From IMG/VR virus record IMGVR_UViG_3300031784_000026, positions 3,012 to 67,011 of that record: a stretch of DNA of 64,000 nt; one strand, given 5' to 3'. Source of the stretch: a virus. Below, in pieces: positions 34,670 through 44,212 of the stretch. The first letter of the stretch is position 1, and each line of letters starts with the position of its first letter. The notes beneath the pieces were generated by a model, which saw only the letters and a program-made list of their open reading frames with translations, was not told the DNA's origin and ran no database searches. Position numbers and translations under genes: made by a program.

Positions 34670-35130
34670 TGTGGTACGAGTTTCATCAAAACAATAGTGG
34701 TGGATCTTTCTACATTGACGGGTACAAAGGCATTGGTCCTAACGTATGGATCGAGGCCGACTCTGAAGAAGCCGCAAATGATATAGCCGAGGGCATTGGT
34801 ATATACTTTGACGGCGTCGAGAAAGAGCGTGACTGCTCGTGTTGCGGGGACCGGTGGTATCCCGCAAGCCACGGTCAAGAAGCTCCGATCATAGACACCA
34901 TGTACAACTTTTTTCACCACCCAAATGTCTACCTTCACGGCAAGAATGGTGAAGTTGTGACGGTGACAGATGTAACGCTTATTGGGGTGTTGACAGATGT
35001 TGACATCCCTCTACGCCAAGACCTGTTCTGTTTTGTTACCGATGGCAGTGAAGAGATGCTGAAGGTTTGGAAGTACAAGCACACATTGTACGGGGAAACT
35101 ATTCACAACTTTTTAATTGGACCTGAATAG
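34669..35130 (+). CDS. Conserved phage protein
   Basis: QNNSGGSF...IEADS...GIYFDG...DCSCCGDRW. Confidence 0.75.
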   Translation: MWYEFHQNNSGGSFYIDGYKGIGPNVWIEADSEEAANDIAEGIGIYFDGVEKERDCSCCGDRWYPASHGQEAPIIDTMYNFFHHPNVYLHGKNGEVVTVTDVTLIGVLTDVDIPLRQDLFCFVTDGSEEMLKVWKYKHTLYGETIHNFLIGPE

Positions 35131-35135
35131 GTCAG

Positions 35136-35164
35136 TTGACAAAGGGCAGAGGACACCTTACCGT
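35136..35164 (+). promoter_or_regulatory. Promoter for the replication operon
   Basis: TTGACA-17-TACCGT. Confidence 0.55.
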
Positions 35165-35190
35165 CCTCAACCCATACGGAGAAGAAAGCC

Positions 35191-35529
35191 GTGACGGTTT
35201 ATATTACGCAAGAAGTTAGGGGGAGAGATCTCTCTGATGCTTTAAGTTTCGGTGAGCTAGATGTTCTGATTCCTGCCAAGGATCAGATTGCTTTGTCTGC
35301 CGCGCCAACGGTACGGCGTATGCTGAGGAAGCTCTCTAAGTTTACCGATAAGGACTATCTAGTCCTGTCTGGTGATCCGGTTTGCATTGGCATCGCTTGT
35401 GCCATTGCCGCCTCCTCCAACAATGGAAAATTCCAAGTGTTGAAGTGGGATCGATTGGATCAAATGTACTACCCGATACAGGTCAATCTCTTTGGAAAGG
35501 AGAAAGAAAGTGGATCTGTCAGTTCTTGA
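35191..35529 (+). CDS. Conserved protein at the head of the replication operon
   Basis: VYITQE...A..FG...DYLVLSGDP...LKWD. Confidence 0.7.
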   Translation: MTVYITQEVRGRDLSDALSFGELDVLIPAKDQIALSAAPTVRRMLRKLSKFTDKDYLVLSGDPVCIGIACAIAASSNNGKFQVLKWDRLDQMYYPIQVNLFGKEKESGSVSS

Positions 35530-36070
35530 GGCGGCGGCTGCTGAAGTCGCGAAGATTGAAGAGGAAGGACTCTCGCGGGTTTCTTCCTTGGTCAAGAAAC
35601 AAATGACACTCGAGAAGCGTGTCGTTGATATTGAAGAAGAACTTTCACGCACGAAGGAGGATCTCCGTCGCGTGCAAGAAGAAGAATTGCCTTCTGCTCT
35701 AGCCGAGCATGGGCTGAAGTCATTGCAGATGGAAGACGGAAGCGTTGTTACCGTTGATCCATTCTATGGTGCATCGATCCCCAAGGATCGTACCGTCGAA
35801 GCCTTTCACTGGCTTCGCGATCACGGCTTTGGGGATATCGTGAAGAACACAGTCTCGGCCTCGTTTGGTCGCGGTCGTGATGATGAGGCACAGGCTCTGC
35901 TCAACAGTCTTGAACAGCAGGGAATGGATGTGTCGCAGAAGCAATGGGTTGAACCCATGACACTCAAGGCTTTTGCAAAGGAGCAGATTGAAAAGGGGTC
36001 TGCTCTTCCAAGTGATTTGTTTGGTGTTTATGTGGGCCAGAAAGCCCGTGTCCGGAAAGGAAAGAAGTAA
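35510..36070 (+). CDS. Replication-module coiled-coil protein
   Basis: AFHWLRDHGFGDIVKN...VEPMTLKAF; GTG start with GGAG RBS. Confidence 0.75.
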   Translation: MDLSVLEAAAAEVAKIEEEGLSRVSSLVKKQMTLEKRVVDIEEELSRTKEDLRRVQEEELPSALAEHGLKSLQMEDGSVVTVDPFYGASIPKDRTVEAFHWLRDHGFGDIVKNTVSASFGRGRDDEAQALLNSLEQQGMDVSQKQWVEPMTLKAFAKEQIEKGSALPSDLFGVYVGQKARVRKGKK

Positions 36071-36870
36071 TGACTAAGAATGCTGTAGCAAAGGTCGAGA
36101 AGACCTCACACCTCACCCTTGTTGGTGGTATCGATCTCGAGCAGTTTGCCGGTGGCGGCATGCAAGAGATGAAGGCAGAGGATATGTCGATCCCCTTCCT
36201 TCGTATCCTCGCGCAGTTGTCACCGCAGGTGAACAAGCGTGATGGTGCTTACGTACAAGGCGCAGAGGCAGGGGACATCTACCACACGGTAGAGAACCGC
36301 GCGTTCAAAGGTGACGAAGGCGTAATCGTTGTGCCCTGCTATCTCTCGCATCGTTATGTTGAGTGGAAGCCTCGTGAAAAGGGCGGCGGGTACGTTGCCA
36401 GCTATCACGCGGAAGATCCGGTCGTGAAGACAACACGTCGCGATGATCGCGGTAATGATGTCCTTCCGAACGGCAACATGCTGGTGAACACATACCAGTA
36501 CTTTGTTCTTCTGATTACCTCGGATGGTCCACAGCGTTGCATGATTGCCATGTCTTCCTCGCAAGTTACGCGTGCGAAGAAATGGAATACTACCATGCAG
36601 GCCCAGACTGCTCGTGGTTCAAAGGGATTGTTTACTCTCCCGATGTACACCTACATGTACAAGATGCGTACTGCCCAACAGCAGAATGATAAGGGGTCGT
36701 GGTACGGTTGGGACATCACAAAGGAAGATCATGTTGATACTGAGACTTTCCAGTTGGCTCACGACTTTATGCTTGCCGTGCGTGCAGGTGATGTGAAGGT
36801 CCGTGAAGACGATGGATCAGAACACGCTGCAAGCTCGAGCTCCACTGCAAGAGAAGACGAAGTTCTTTAA
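36070..36870 (+). CDS. Single-stranded DNA-binding protein (putative)
   Basis: IPFLRILAQLSPQV...YVEW...NDKGSWYGW; acidic C-terminus; location. Confidence 0.6.
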   Translation: MTKNAVAKVEKTSHLTLVGGIDLEQFAGGGMQEMKAEDMSIPFLRILAQLSPQVNKRDGAYVQGAEAGDIYHTVENRAFKGDEGVIVVPCYLSHRYVEWKPREKGGGYVASYHAEDPVVKTTRRDDRGNDVLPNGNMLVNTYQYFVLLITSDGPQRCMIAMSSSQVTRAKKWNTTMQAQTARGSKGLFTLPMYTYMYKMRTAQQQNDKGSWYGWDITKEDHVDTETFQLAHDFMLAVRAGDVKVREDDGSEHAASSSSTAREDEVL

Positions 36871-36883
36871 TTGGTGGACAGAG

Positions 36884-36903
36884 GCACGGCCTACGGGCCG
36901 TGT
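36884..36903 (+). terminator. Stable cUACGg hairpin after the SSB gene (no U-tract)
   Basis: GCACGGCC-TACG-GGCCGTGT. Confidence 0.45.
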
Positions 36904-36922
36904 CCTCCTCGGGGGATGAACC

Positions 36923-38452
36923 GTGGACTTAACAAAAGAATTCTACGATCTCTTTCGTGGTAGCGATATCGCGCACGGAACATTTGAGATCAACGCAGAA
37001 AGAGTAACAGATGGCAAACGTCAGGGAACAGCCCGCGTTATCCGTGAAGCAACGACTCTTGATCATTGGAGAAGTCATCTCGATGGCAAGGTTGGCCTTG
37101 GGATTATCCCCATCACGAGCGAGAACACTGTACGGTGGTGCGCCATCGACGTTGACGTATACAGTCTCGATCACGCTTCCCTCGCGAGAAAGCTCAAATC
37201 TTTACATATCAAGGGTGTGCTTTGCCGGTCAAAATCTGGAGGTGGACACCTCTACTTTTTTCTGAGTGAAAGCATCCCTGCCGGTGATGCCATGTCCAAG
37301 TGCGGTGCTATCGCCGCCCTGCTTGGTTACGGTAATTGTGAGATCTTTCCGAAGCAGGCGTCGATCCTGCTTGATCGTGGTGACACAGGCAACTTCTTGA
37401 ACATGCCGTACTTTGCCAGTGGGCGAAGTACCCGCTTCGGTTTCAACGACGAAGGCACGGGTCTTAGCGCACAAGAGTTTGTAGACTTCGCCAAGTCTCG
37501 CGTGATGACGGCAGATGAATTCTTTGCAATTAAGACACGCGATGAAAGCCAAGACGATACTTTGCCCGAAGGACCGCCGTGTCTTCAGCACCTTGCATCG
37601 CAAGGTTTCGGAGAAGGTAGTCGCAACAACGCACTGTTCAACCTTGGAGTGTATGCACGGTTGTCTGCCCCTGACGATTGGGAAGAACGTGTGAAGAAGA
37701 TGAATGCTAAGATGGTGGTTCCGCCCTTGGATAATAGGGAAGTTGAAGCCATCATTAAACAATTGAAAAAGAAGGACTACTTCTACAAGTGTGGCGATCA
37801 ACCGATTGCACCGTTCTGCAACAAAGACATTTGCATGACGCGCAAGTTTGGTGTCGGAGAAGGTAATGCCAACGTCGACATTAGTTCGCTCACAAAGATC
37901 GACGGTGATCCTCCGATCTGGATCCTGACTGTCAATGGGCAAAGGTTAGAGCTCAACACAGACTCGCTCCACTCGCAGACGATGTTTCAGAAAGCCTGCA
38001 TCTCACAGATCAATCAGTTCCCTCCGATGGTGAGTGCGCCGGTATGGCAACGGCGAGTTGCGGCATTGCTTGCAAATGCAACCGTTGTTGAAGTCCCACC
38101 GGACACAACGACCAAAGGTGAGTTTGAAGATCTGTTGACGGCGTTTTGTTGTGATCGTGCGCGTGGCAGTGAGAAACAGGAAATCTTGCAAGGCATTGCT
38201 GTCTGGTTGGATGGAAGAATCTTTTTTCAAATCAAAGATCTTAAGAAGCACCTTATTGTTAACGGTTTCACACAGTATACAACCAACAAGATTGGCCTCG
38301 TACTGAAAGAAATTGATGGGGCGTTGAAAGGTTTTTGGAATGTGCGCGGCAAAGGTGTTCACGTTTGGAGCGTTCCTGAAAAACACTTTGTCGATAGAAT
38401 GGTTATCAACAAGCGGGAGATCCCGCAGTTCAAAGAAGATCAGGTACTCTAA
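36923..38452 (+). CDS. Archaeo-eukaryotic primase (AEP) with PriCT-1-like domain
   Basis: WCAIDVD, RSKSGGGHLYFF, EIFPKQ, PPC...EGSRNNALF. Confidence 0.85.
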   Translation: MDLTKEFYDLFRGSDIAHGTFEINAERVTDGKRQGTARVIREATTLDHWRSHLDGKVGLGIIPITSENTVRWCAIDVDVYSLDHASLARKLKSLHIKGVLCRSKSGGGHLYFFLSESIPAGDAMSKCGAIAALLGYGNCEIFPKQASILLDRGDTGNFLNMPYFASGRSTRFGFNDEGTGLSAQEFVDFAKSRVMTADEFFAIKTRDESQDDTLPEGPPCLQHLASQGFGEGSRNNALFNLGVYARLSAPDDWEERVKKMNAKMVVPPLDNREVEAIIKQLKKKDYFYKCGDQPIAPFCNKDICMTRKFGVGEGNANVDISSLTKIDGDPPIWILTVNGQRLELNTDSLHSQTMFQKACISQINQFPPMVSAPVWQRRVAALLANATVVEVPPDTTTKGEFEDLLTAFCCDRARGSEKQEILQGIAVWLDGRIFFQIKDLKKHLIVNGFTQYTTNKIGLVLKEIDGALKGFWNVRGKGVHVWSVPEKHFVDRMVINKREIPQFKEDQVL

Positions 38453-39960
38453 TGCATATTATTCTCGGGCCCCCGGGCACAGGTAAAACAACAAAGCTTT
38501 TGTCCTTGGTAGAATATTATCTCGACAAGGGCGTGCCTCCGGATCGCATTGGCTACTTCGCTTTCACTCGTCGTGCCGCGCACGAAGCGATCACGCGTGC
38601 AAAAGCCAAGTTCAAACTGGAGGCCAGTGCGTTTCCGTTCTTTAAGACATTGCACAGTTTGGCGTTTCGTCAGCTTGGTATTCCATCCAAGAACCTTATG
38701 CAGTATGAGCACTACAACGACATTAGTAAGTGGCTGAAGATCCCAAAGTTTAACCAAAGCTTTGAGATTGAGGATGGTCCTTTTGTAGACTTTGGATACG
38801 GCGACAAGTTTCTTCAGACAATTAACATGGCTCGCATCTGCCAGACTCCACTGCGGGATCTGTACAATCGGACAGAGGTGTCTCTCTATGTCAATTGGTC
38901 AGAGCTTGAGTGGGTTGCTCGCTGTGTGAATGAGTACAAGAAGAAGCATCAACTCTTCGACTACACTGATCTGCTCGAGCAGTTTGTCGCGCAGGAACTT
39001 GCTCCCAGACTTGATGTCGCCTTTATCGATGAGGCACAGGATCTGTCTCCTCTACAGTGGCAGATGGCACACCTCATCGAACGCTGTTCAGAAGAAACAT
39101 ACATTGCCGGTGACGATGACCAAGCCATCTATCGTTGGGCTGGGGCTGACGTGGATTACTTTATCCGCCTTGACGGTGACGTGACAGTACTGGATCGAAG
39201 CTACCGTATCCCGAGCAGTCACCATGAGATTTCACAGAGTCTGATTAACCGCATCAACTCACGCCGCCCTAAAGTTTTTGAGCCTCGTCCAGAGCGTGGC
39301 GTTGTGCAGTGGCACTCAGACAGCATGAGTGTCGATCTCTCAGAAGGATCGTGGCTTCTGCTTGGTCGCACCAAGAACATGATCCGAGGTTTGGAAGAGC
39401 AGGTCAAAACAAAAGGTCACCTCTATACGACACGTCTTGGTGGGTCTGACAAGAACGACATCACCTCTGCGATTGAGATCTGGGAACGTCTGCGTAGTGG
39501 TGGCGAAGCAACCGTTGAAGAGGTTCGTCTTGCATATAAGTTCATGGACAAAGATCAGGTGACACACGGCTTTAAAACGATGCCGAATGCTGACGAAGAC
39601 AGGCCCTATAAAATTCAAGATCTTGTGCAAGACTTTGGATTGAAGCACCAAGATCCTTGGAACATTGGATTGAAGCGCATCCCTGAAGAGACTCGGGTAT
39701 ATTTTGAGGCGTGCGAGAAGAAGGGTGAGAACGTAGGAAGCAAGCCCCGCATCCATATCTCCACCATTCATGGGGCAAAAGGTGCGGAAGCAGACAACGT
39801 CTTGTTGCTTACAGACTTTAACTACCCCAATGAAAGACGCCTTCGTTACAACCCACATCTTATGGACGACGAGAAGCGCGTGTTCTATGTTGGCCTTACT
39901 CGAGCCAAAGAACAGCTTCACCTGATTCATCCAACGAACACACAAGGATTTAGGATATGA
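38452..39960 (+). CDS. UvrD/Rep superfamily 1 helicase
   Basis: GPPGTGKTT, AFTRRAA, IDEAQD, GDDDQAIY, STIHGAKG, YVGLTRAK. Confidence 0.9.
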   Translation: MHIILGPPGTGKTTKLLSLVEYYLDKGVPPDRIGYFAFTRRAAHEAITRAKAKFKLEASAFPFFKTLHSLAFRQLGIPSKNLMQYEHYNDISKWLKIPKFNQSFEIEDGPFVDFGYGDKFLQTINMARICQTPLRDLYNRTEVSLYVNWSELEWVARCVNEYKKKHQLFDYTDLLEQFVAQELAPRLDVAFIDEAQDLSPLQWQMAHLIERCSEETYIAGDDDQAIYRWAGADVDYFIRLDGDVTVLDRSYRIPSSHHEISQSLINRINSRRPKVFEPRPERGVVQWHSDSMSVDLSEGSWLLLGRTKNMIRGLEEQVKTKGHLYTTRLGGSDKNDITSAIEIWERLRSGGEATVEEVRLAYKFMDKDQVTHGFKTMPNADEDRPYKIQDLVQDFGLKHQDPWNIGLKRIPEETRVYFEACEKKGENVGSKPRIHISTIHGAKGAEADNVLLLTDFNYPNERRLRYNPHLMDDEKRVFYVGLTRAKEQLHLIHPTNTQGFRI

Positions 39961-40220
39961 CCGAAGAAACAACATCCGACCGTGTTCAATCCGTTTACAC
40001 TAGCCTTATCAAGAATATGATTGGGCAGTTGCACGACAGATACACAGATGACGACTACAGCTCGTCAGACGTCATGTTTGATTGTGCGCTTGTCATGATC
40101 AAGGAAGCGGCACAGGTTGCTGTCCTCCTTGGGGTACCGAAAGATACGTATCTAGCTACCTGCGTCGAAGTCTACGACGTTGTTCAGTTGGCGATGACGG
40201 ATGTTGTTGGGACAGCATGA
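39957..40220 (+). CDS. Hypothetical protein
   Basis: ATGA coupling. Confidence 0.55.
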   Translation: MTEETTSDRVQSVYTSLIKNMIGQLHDRYTDDDYSSSDVMFDCALVMIKEAAQVAVLLGVPKDTYLATCVEVYDVVQLAMTDVVGTA

Positions 40221-40334
40221 TGGAAGTCGTTGCAGTTTGTGAGTGCGGTAAGGTTGAGTTGCAGACCACGATGGATAAGCTGTCCAAGAAGTGGCCGGTC
40301 TGTGACTGCAATCAATTTTTGAAAGTGACTAACG

Positions 40335-42230
40335 ATGTCAATGTTCTTCGTGAAACCACCAGAGACAGAGTGGGTGATGCCGACCGAGATTCCGGACTTG
40401 AGAGGGGCAAAAGAGTTTTGTATCGACCTTGAAACATATGACCCTAATCTAAAGACAAAGGGCAGTGGATGGCCCACCAAGGACGGGCACGTCGTTGGCG
40501 TAGCCATCGCTGTTGAAGGTCTGGCGATCTATCTCCCCATTCGTCACGGTAAGGGTGACAATTTCCCACCGAGCATGGTCCTCAACTACATGAAGGATCT
40601 CTGCTCAGACCCCGAAGCGCACTACATCTTTCACAACGCACAGTATGACGTGGGTTGGCTGAGAGCAGAGGGTGTCGAGGTAAAGGGAACGATCATTGAT
40701 ACAATGATCGCCGCCCCATTACTGGATGAAAACCGCTTCAGTTATGCGCTAAATAGTTTGGGCAAAGACTACCTGTTCGAAACCAAAGATGAGCGGATGC
40801 TTCGCGATGCGGCGAAGGAGTTTGGTCTTGACCCCAAGGCCGAGCTTCACCTGCTCCCTGCCATGTATGTTGGCAAGTACGCCGAGCAGGATGCGGCGCT
40901 GACTCTCCGCTTGTGGAACCATTTCAAGGGCATGATCCAGAACGATGGTCTTGAGCAGATCTTTGAGGTCGAATCTCAAATCCTTCGGATCGCCATCGAC
41001 ATGAGGACTAGAGGGGTCAGGATTGATCTTGAGAAGACAGAGAGTGCCGGTAAGGACCTTGTCGCAAAAGAGCGTGAGATCATTGCCTCTGTAAAAAAAG
41101 AATACGGAATTGATGTAGACATCTGGGCGGCGGCTTCCGTAGCCAAGGGCTTCGACAAGCTTGGGCTTGAGTACAACCGCACGGCAAAGGGACAGCCCAG
41201 CTTTACCAAAGACTTCCTCAAGAACCACGAGCACCCGTTTGCTCAGTCCGTGGTCAAGGCCCGTGAATTGAACAAGGCACACTCGACATTTATCGAGACG
41301 ATCCTCCGCCACCAGAACAATGGTCGCTTGCACCCTGAAATGCATCAGCTCCGCAGTGACGATGGCGGCACGGTGACAGGGCGGTTCAGCTATTCAAACC
41401 CAAACCTTCAGCAGATCCCATCTCGCGATCAAAACATCTCCTCCTTGATCCGGTCGCTCTTTCTTCCGGAGAAGGGTGAGACATGGGGATCGTTTGACTA
41501 CGCATCACAAGAGCCACGCCTTGTCGTGCATTACGCGAAGTCCCTCGACCTTGGCGGGTCAGATGAGTTTGTTCATGCGTTCTTGGATGATCCTCGTACA
41601 GACTTCCATCAGCTTGCGGCTGATCTCATGGGTGTGTCGCGCAAGGAAGCAAAGACAATCGGCTTGGGTTTGATCTACGGCATGGGCGTCAACAAGCTTT
41701 CGCATCAGCTCGGTGTTGATCTTGACGAGGCCAAGGGCTTGTCCCGCAAGTACCACCAGAACATCCCGTTCCTCAAAGAGCTTGCCGATAAATGCTCGGG
41801 CAGAGCAAGCCGCCCACCCTATCTAATCCGCACCCTGCTCCATCGCCGGTGCCGCTTCCCAATGTGGGAACCTGTGTCCGTCTCACGGGATGAGCCTGTA
41901 CGTACACCGTACAACCGCGAGAAAGCTGAGCAGACATATGGCCCCAATAACATCAAGGTGGCCTTTGCCTATAAGGCGTTGAACCGTTTGATCCAAGGCT
42001 CTGCCGCCGATCAGACCAAGATGGCAATGGTTGAGTTACACAAGGAAGGTTTGTTGCCCCTCGTTCAAATCCACGACGAGTTGGCAATGTCTGTTCCCGA
42101 TAGAGATACCGCCCACAAGGTGCGTGAAATTATGGAGTCATGCGTACGTCTTCACGTACCAAGTGTTGTGGATATGGAATGCGGTCCCAACTGGGGATCT
42201 TTAAAGGAAGGCTGGTTTGATCCAGAATAA
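40335..42230 (+). CDS. polA: Family A DNA polymerase with 3'-5' exonuclease
   Basis: IDLET, HNAQYD, TGRFS..NPNLQQIP, DYASQEPR, KTIGLGLIYG, QGSAAD, IHDE. Confidence 0.95.
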   Translation: MSMFFVKPPETEWVMPTEIPDLRGAKEFCIDLETYDPNLKTKGSGWPTKDGHVVGVAIAVEGLAIYLPIRHGKGDNFPPSMVLNYMKDLCSDPEAHYIFHNAQYDVGWLRAEGVEVKGTIIDTMIAAPLLDENRFSYALNSLGKDYLFETKDERMLRDAAKEFGLDPKAELHLLPAMYVGKYAEQDAALTLRLWNHFKGMIQNDGLEQIFEVESQILRIAIDMRTRGVRIDLEKTESAGKDLVAKEREIIASVKKEYGIDVDIWAAASVAKGFDKLGLEYNRTAKGQPSFTKDFLKNHEHPFAQSVVKARELNKAHSTFIETILRHQNNGRLHPEMHQLRSDDGGTVTGRFSYSNPNLQQIPSRDQNISSLIRSLFLPEKGETWGSFDYASQEPRLVVHYAKSLDLGGSDEFVHAFLDDPRTDFHQLAADLMGVSRKEAKTIGLGLIYGMGVNKLSHQLGVDLDEAKGLSRKYHQNIPFLKELADKCSGRASRPPYLIRTLLHRRCRFPMWEPVSVSRDEPVRTPYNREKAEQTYGPNNIKVAFAYKALNRLIQGSAADQTKMAMVELHKEGLLPLVQIHDELAMSVPDRDTAHKVREIMESCVRLHVPSVVDMECGPNWGSLKEGWFDPE

Positions 42231-42254
42231 TTGTAGCCACAGAAAGGGCAGAAC

Positions 42255-43691
42255 ATGAGATACAAATTTAAGCATCAGCCATACGCGCATCAGCTTACGG
42301 CTTTGGAAAAGTCATGGGACAAGAACGAGTACGCTTTGTTCTGTGAGATGGGCACAGGCAAATCGAAGATTCTTATCGACAACTTTGCCATGCTCTATGA
42401 CAACGGCCAGATCGATGGCGTGTTGGTTGTCGCACCAAAGGGTGTGTACAAGAATTGGCAGAGGAAAGAGGTCCCCGAACATCTGCCCGAGCACATCGTT
42501 GCAGACATCGTAGTCTGGTCTCCCAACCACACCAAGAAACAACTGGAGCATCTCGATGTCGCGTTGAAGGACGATGACAACCTCAAGGTGTTGATCATGA
42601 ATGTCGAAGCATTCTCCACTGACAAGGGCGTAGAGTTTGCCAAGCAGTTTCTACGCAAGCGCAAAGTCTTTATGGCAGTGGATGAAAGCACGACGATTAA
42701 GAATCGTTCAGCCAAGCGTACAAAGAACATCGTGAATGTAGGTGGTCTTGCCAAGTATCGTAGGATCGCAACGGGATCTCCTATCACCAAGACACCGATG
42801 GATCTATTTTCGCAGTGCGACTTTCTTGACCCGCATCTTCTTGGCTTTGGGTCGTTCTTCAGTTTCCAAGCCCGCTACTGTAAAATGTGGAGACGTTCCG
42901 TCGGCACCCACTCCTTCAATCAAGTTGTCGGGTACCAGAACCTCGAAGAACTTACAAACAACCTTGACCGGTTTAGTTACCGTATTCTCAAGAAAGATTG
43001 TCTCGATCTCCCCGAGAAGATCTACATCAAGAGATTGGTAGAACTTACGCCCGAGCAACGGCGCGTCTACGACCAGCTCAAAACAATCGCACTTGCCGTC
43101 CTCGAGCAAGGGGTTGTTACGGCGGCAAATGCACTTACTCAGATCCTGCGACTTCAACAGGTGTGCTCCGGATTCTTGAAGACTGACGACGGGAAGTTTG
43201 AAACAATCCCTTCCAACAAGCTTAACGAATTGATGGAGGCATTGGAAGAGGTAGACGGCAAAGTAATTATCTGGGCCAACTATACCCACGACATTTACGC
43301 CATCGCCAAGGCCATTCAAAAAGAATACGGGGAAGGCACAGTCCGTATGTACTTCGGCGAGACAAAGGCAGAGGACAGACAGCAGATTGTAGAGGACTTC
43401 CAAGACCCCAACAACTCTGTGCGGTTCTTTGTCGGACAGCCTCGTACAGGTGGCTACGGCCTGACGCTGACTGAGGCTAAAACTGTCATTTATTACAGTA
43501 ATAGTTATGACTTAGAAGTCAGACTTCAGTCAGAAGATCGCGCACACCGCATTGGTCAGAAGAACAATGTCACTTACATCGACATCGTTACTGAAGGTAC
43601 GGTGGACGAAAAGATCCTGTCTGCTCTACGTGACAAGATTGATATTGCTTCGACGGTCCTGAAAGAAGGCTACAAAGAGTGGCTGATCTAA
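42255..43691 (+). CDS. SNF2-family helicase
   Basis: EMGTGKS, VDEST, TGSP, LRLQQ, GLTLT, QSEDRAHRIGQ. Confidence 0.92.
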   Translation: MRYKFKHQPYAHQLTALEKSWDKNEYALFCEMGTGKSKILIDNFAMLYDNGQIDGVLVVAPKGVYKNWQRKEVPEHLPEHIVADIVVWSPNHTKKQLEHLDVALKDDDNLKVLIMNVEAFSTDKGVEFAKQFLRKRKVFMAVDESTTIKNRSAKRTKNIVNVGGLAKYRRIATGSPITKTPMDLFSQCDFLDPHLLGFGSFFSFQARYCKMWRRSVGTHSFNQVVGYQNLEELTNNLDRFSYRILKKDCLDLPEKIYIKRLVELTPEQRRVYDQLKTIALAVLEQGVVTAANALTQILRLQQVCSGFLKTDDGKFETIPSNKLNELMEALEEVDGKVIIWANYTHDIYAIAKAIQKEYGEGTVRMYFGETKAEDRQQIVEDFQDPNNSVRFFVGQPRTGGYGLTLTEAKTVIYYSNSYDLEVRLQSEDRAHRIGQKNNVTYIDIVTEGTVDEKILSALRDKIDIASTVLKEGYKEWLI

Positions 43692-44212
43692 GTTGCCATC
43701 TCGAACGCAACCTTTTCTACGTCATCAACGCGACGTTGCCAGCCCTTCCCAAATGTACTCCAGATGGGAAGGGACTGCATAAACGCAAGACGTTTGTCGC
43801 AGATGTTTGTTACAAGATCTCGGGGGTTTGCGGCGGCTACGGCAGCAAGGGTAGCTGGCCCAATGATGCCATCCTGATTAAGTCCAAGAGCAGCCTGAAG
43901 AAACTTGGCGGCACGCACAACACCACTATTAACAGCAACATCAAACACAGCATAGTCCACACCTGCCGGTAGATCATCTCCACGGACACGGTCCCAGTAG
44001 TTCTTTTTGTAGAGCGGTTGGACATCTTCTGTTGTCAACGCCTTCATGTCATCGATTGTTACTGGGTGACCAACCCACTCTTCCCAAACCTTTTTGGTCA
44101 CCCCTTTGTTGGTAGCTCCGCCCGGATCAGAAGGATGATTTACGAAGCCTCCCTCATGTTTGAGGACGTGAGCAATGCAGGTGTTGTAGTTATCGCGCAT
44201 ATTACAATCCAA
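43688..44212 (-). CDS. Endolysin, glycosyl hydrolase family 108 with PG-binding tail
   Basis: HEGGFVNHPSDPGGATNKGVT, YW, FDVAVNSG, DGIIGPAT, FGKGW.RR. Confidence 0.9.
   Translation of the reverse strand: MDCNMRDNYNTCIAHVLKHEGGFVNHPSDPGGATNKGVTKKVWEEWVGHPVTIDDMKALTTEDVQPLYKKNYWDRVRGDDLPAGVDYAVFDVAVNSGVVRAAKFLQAALGLNQDGIIGPATLAAVAAANPRDLVTNICDKRLAFMQSLPIWSTFGKGWQRRVDDVEKVAFEMAT

Noticed and set aside
40082-40432. 116 aa ORF before PolA
   Set aside because: Overlaps both neighbours extensively; only a short CxC...CxC part from 40217 is plausible, so it was left uncalled.
43679-43700. Terminator at the early/late convergence
   Set aside because: SNF2 and endolysin stops overlap by 4 bp and I see no convincing hairpin.
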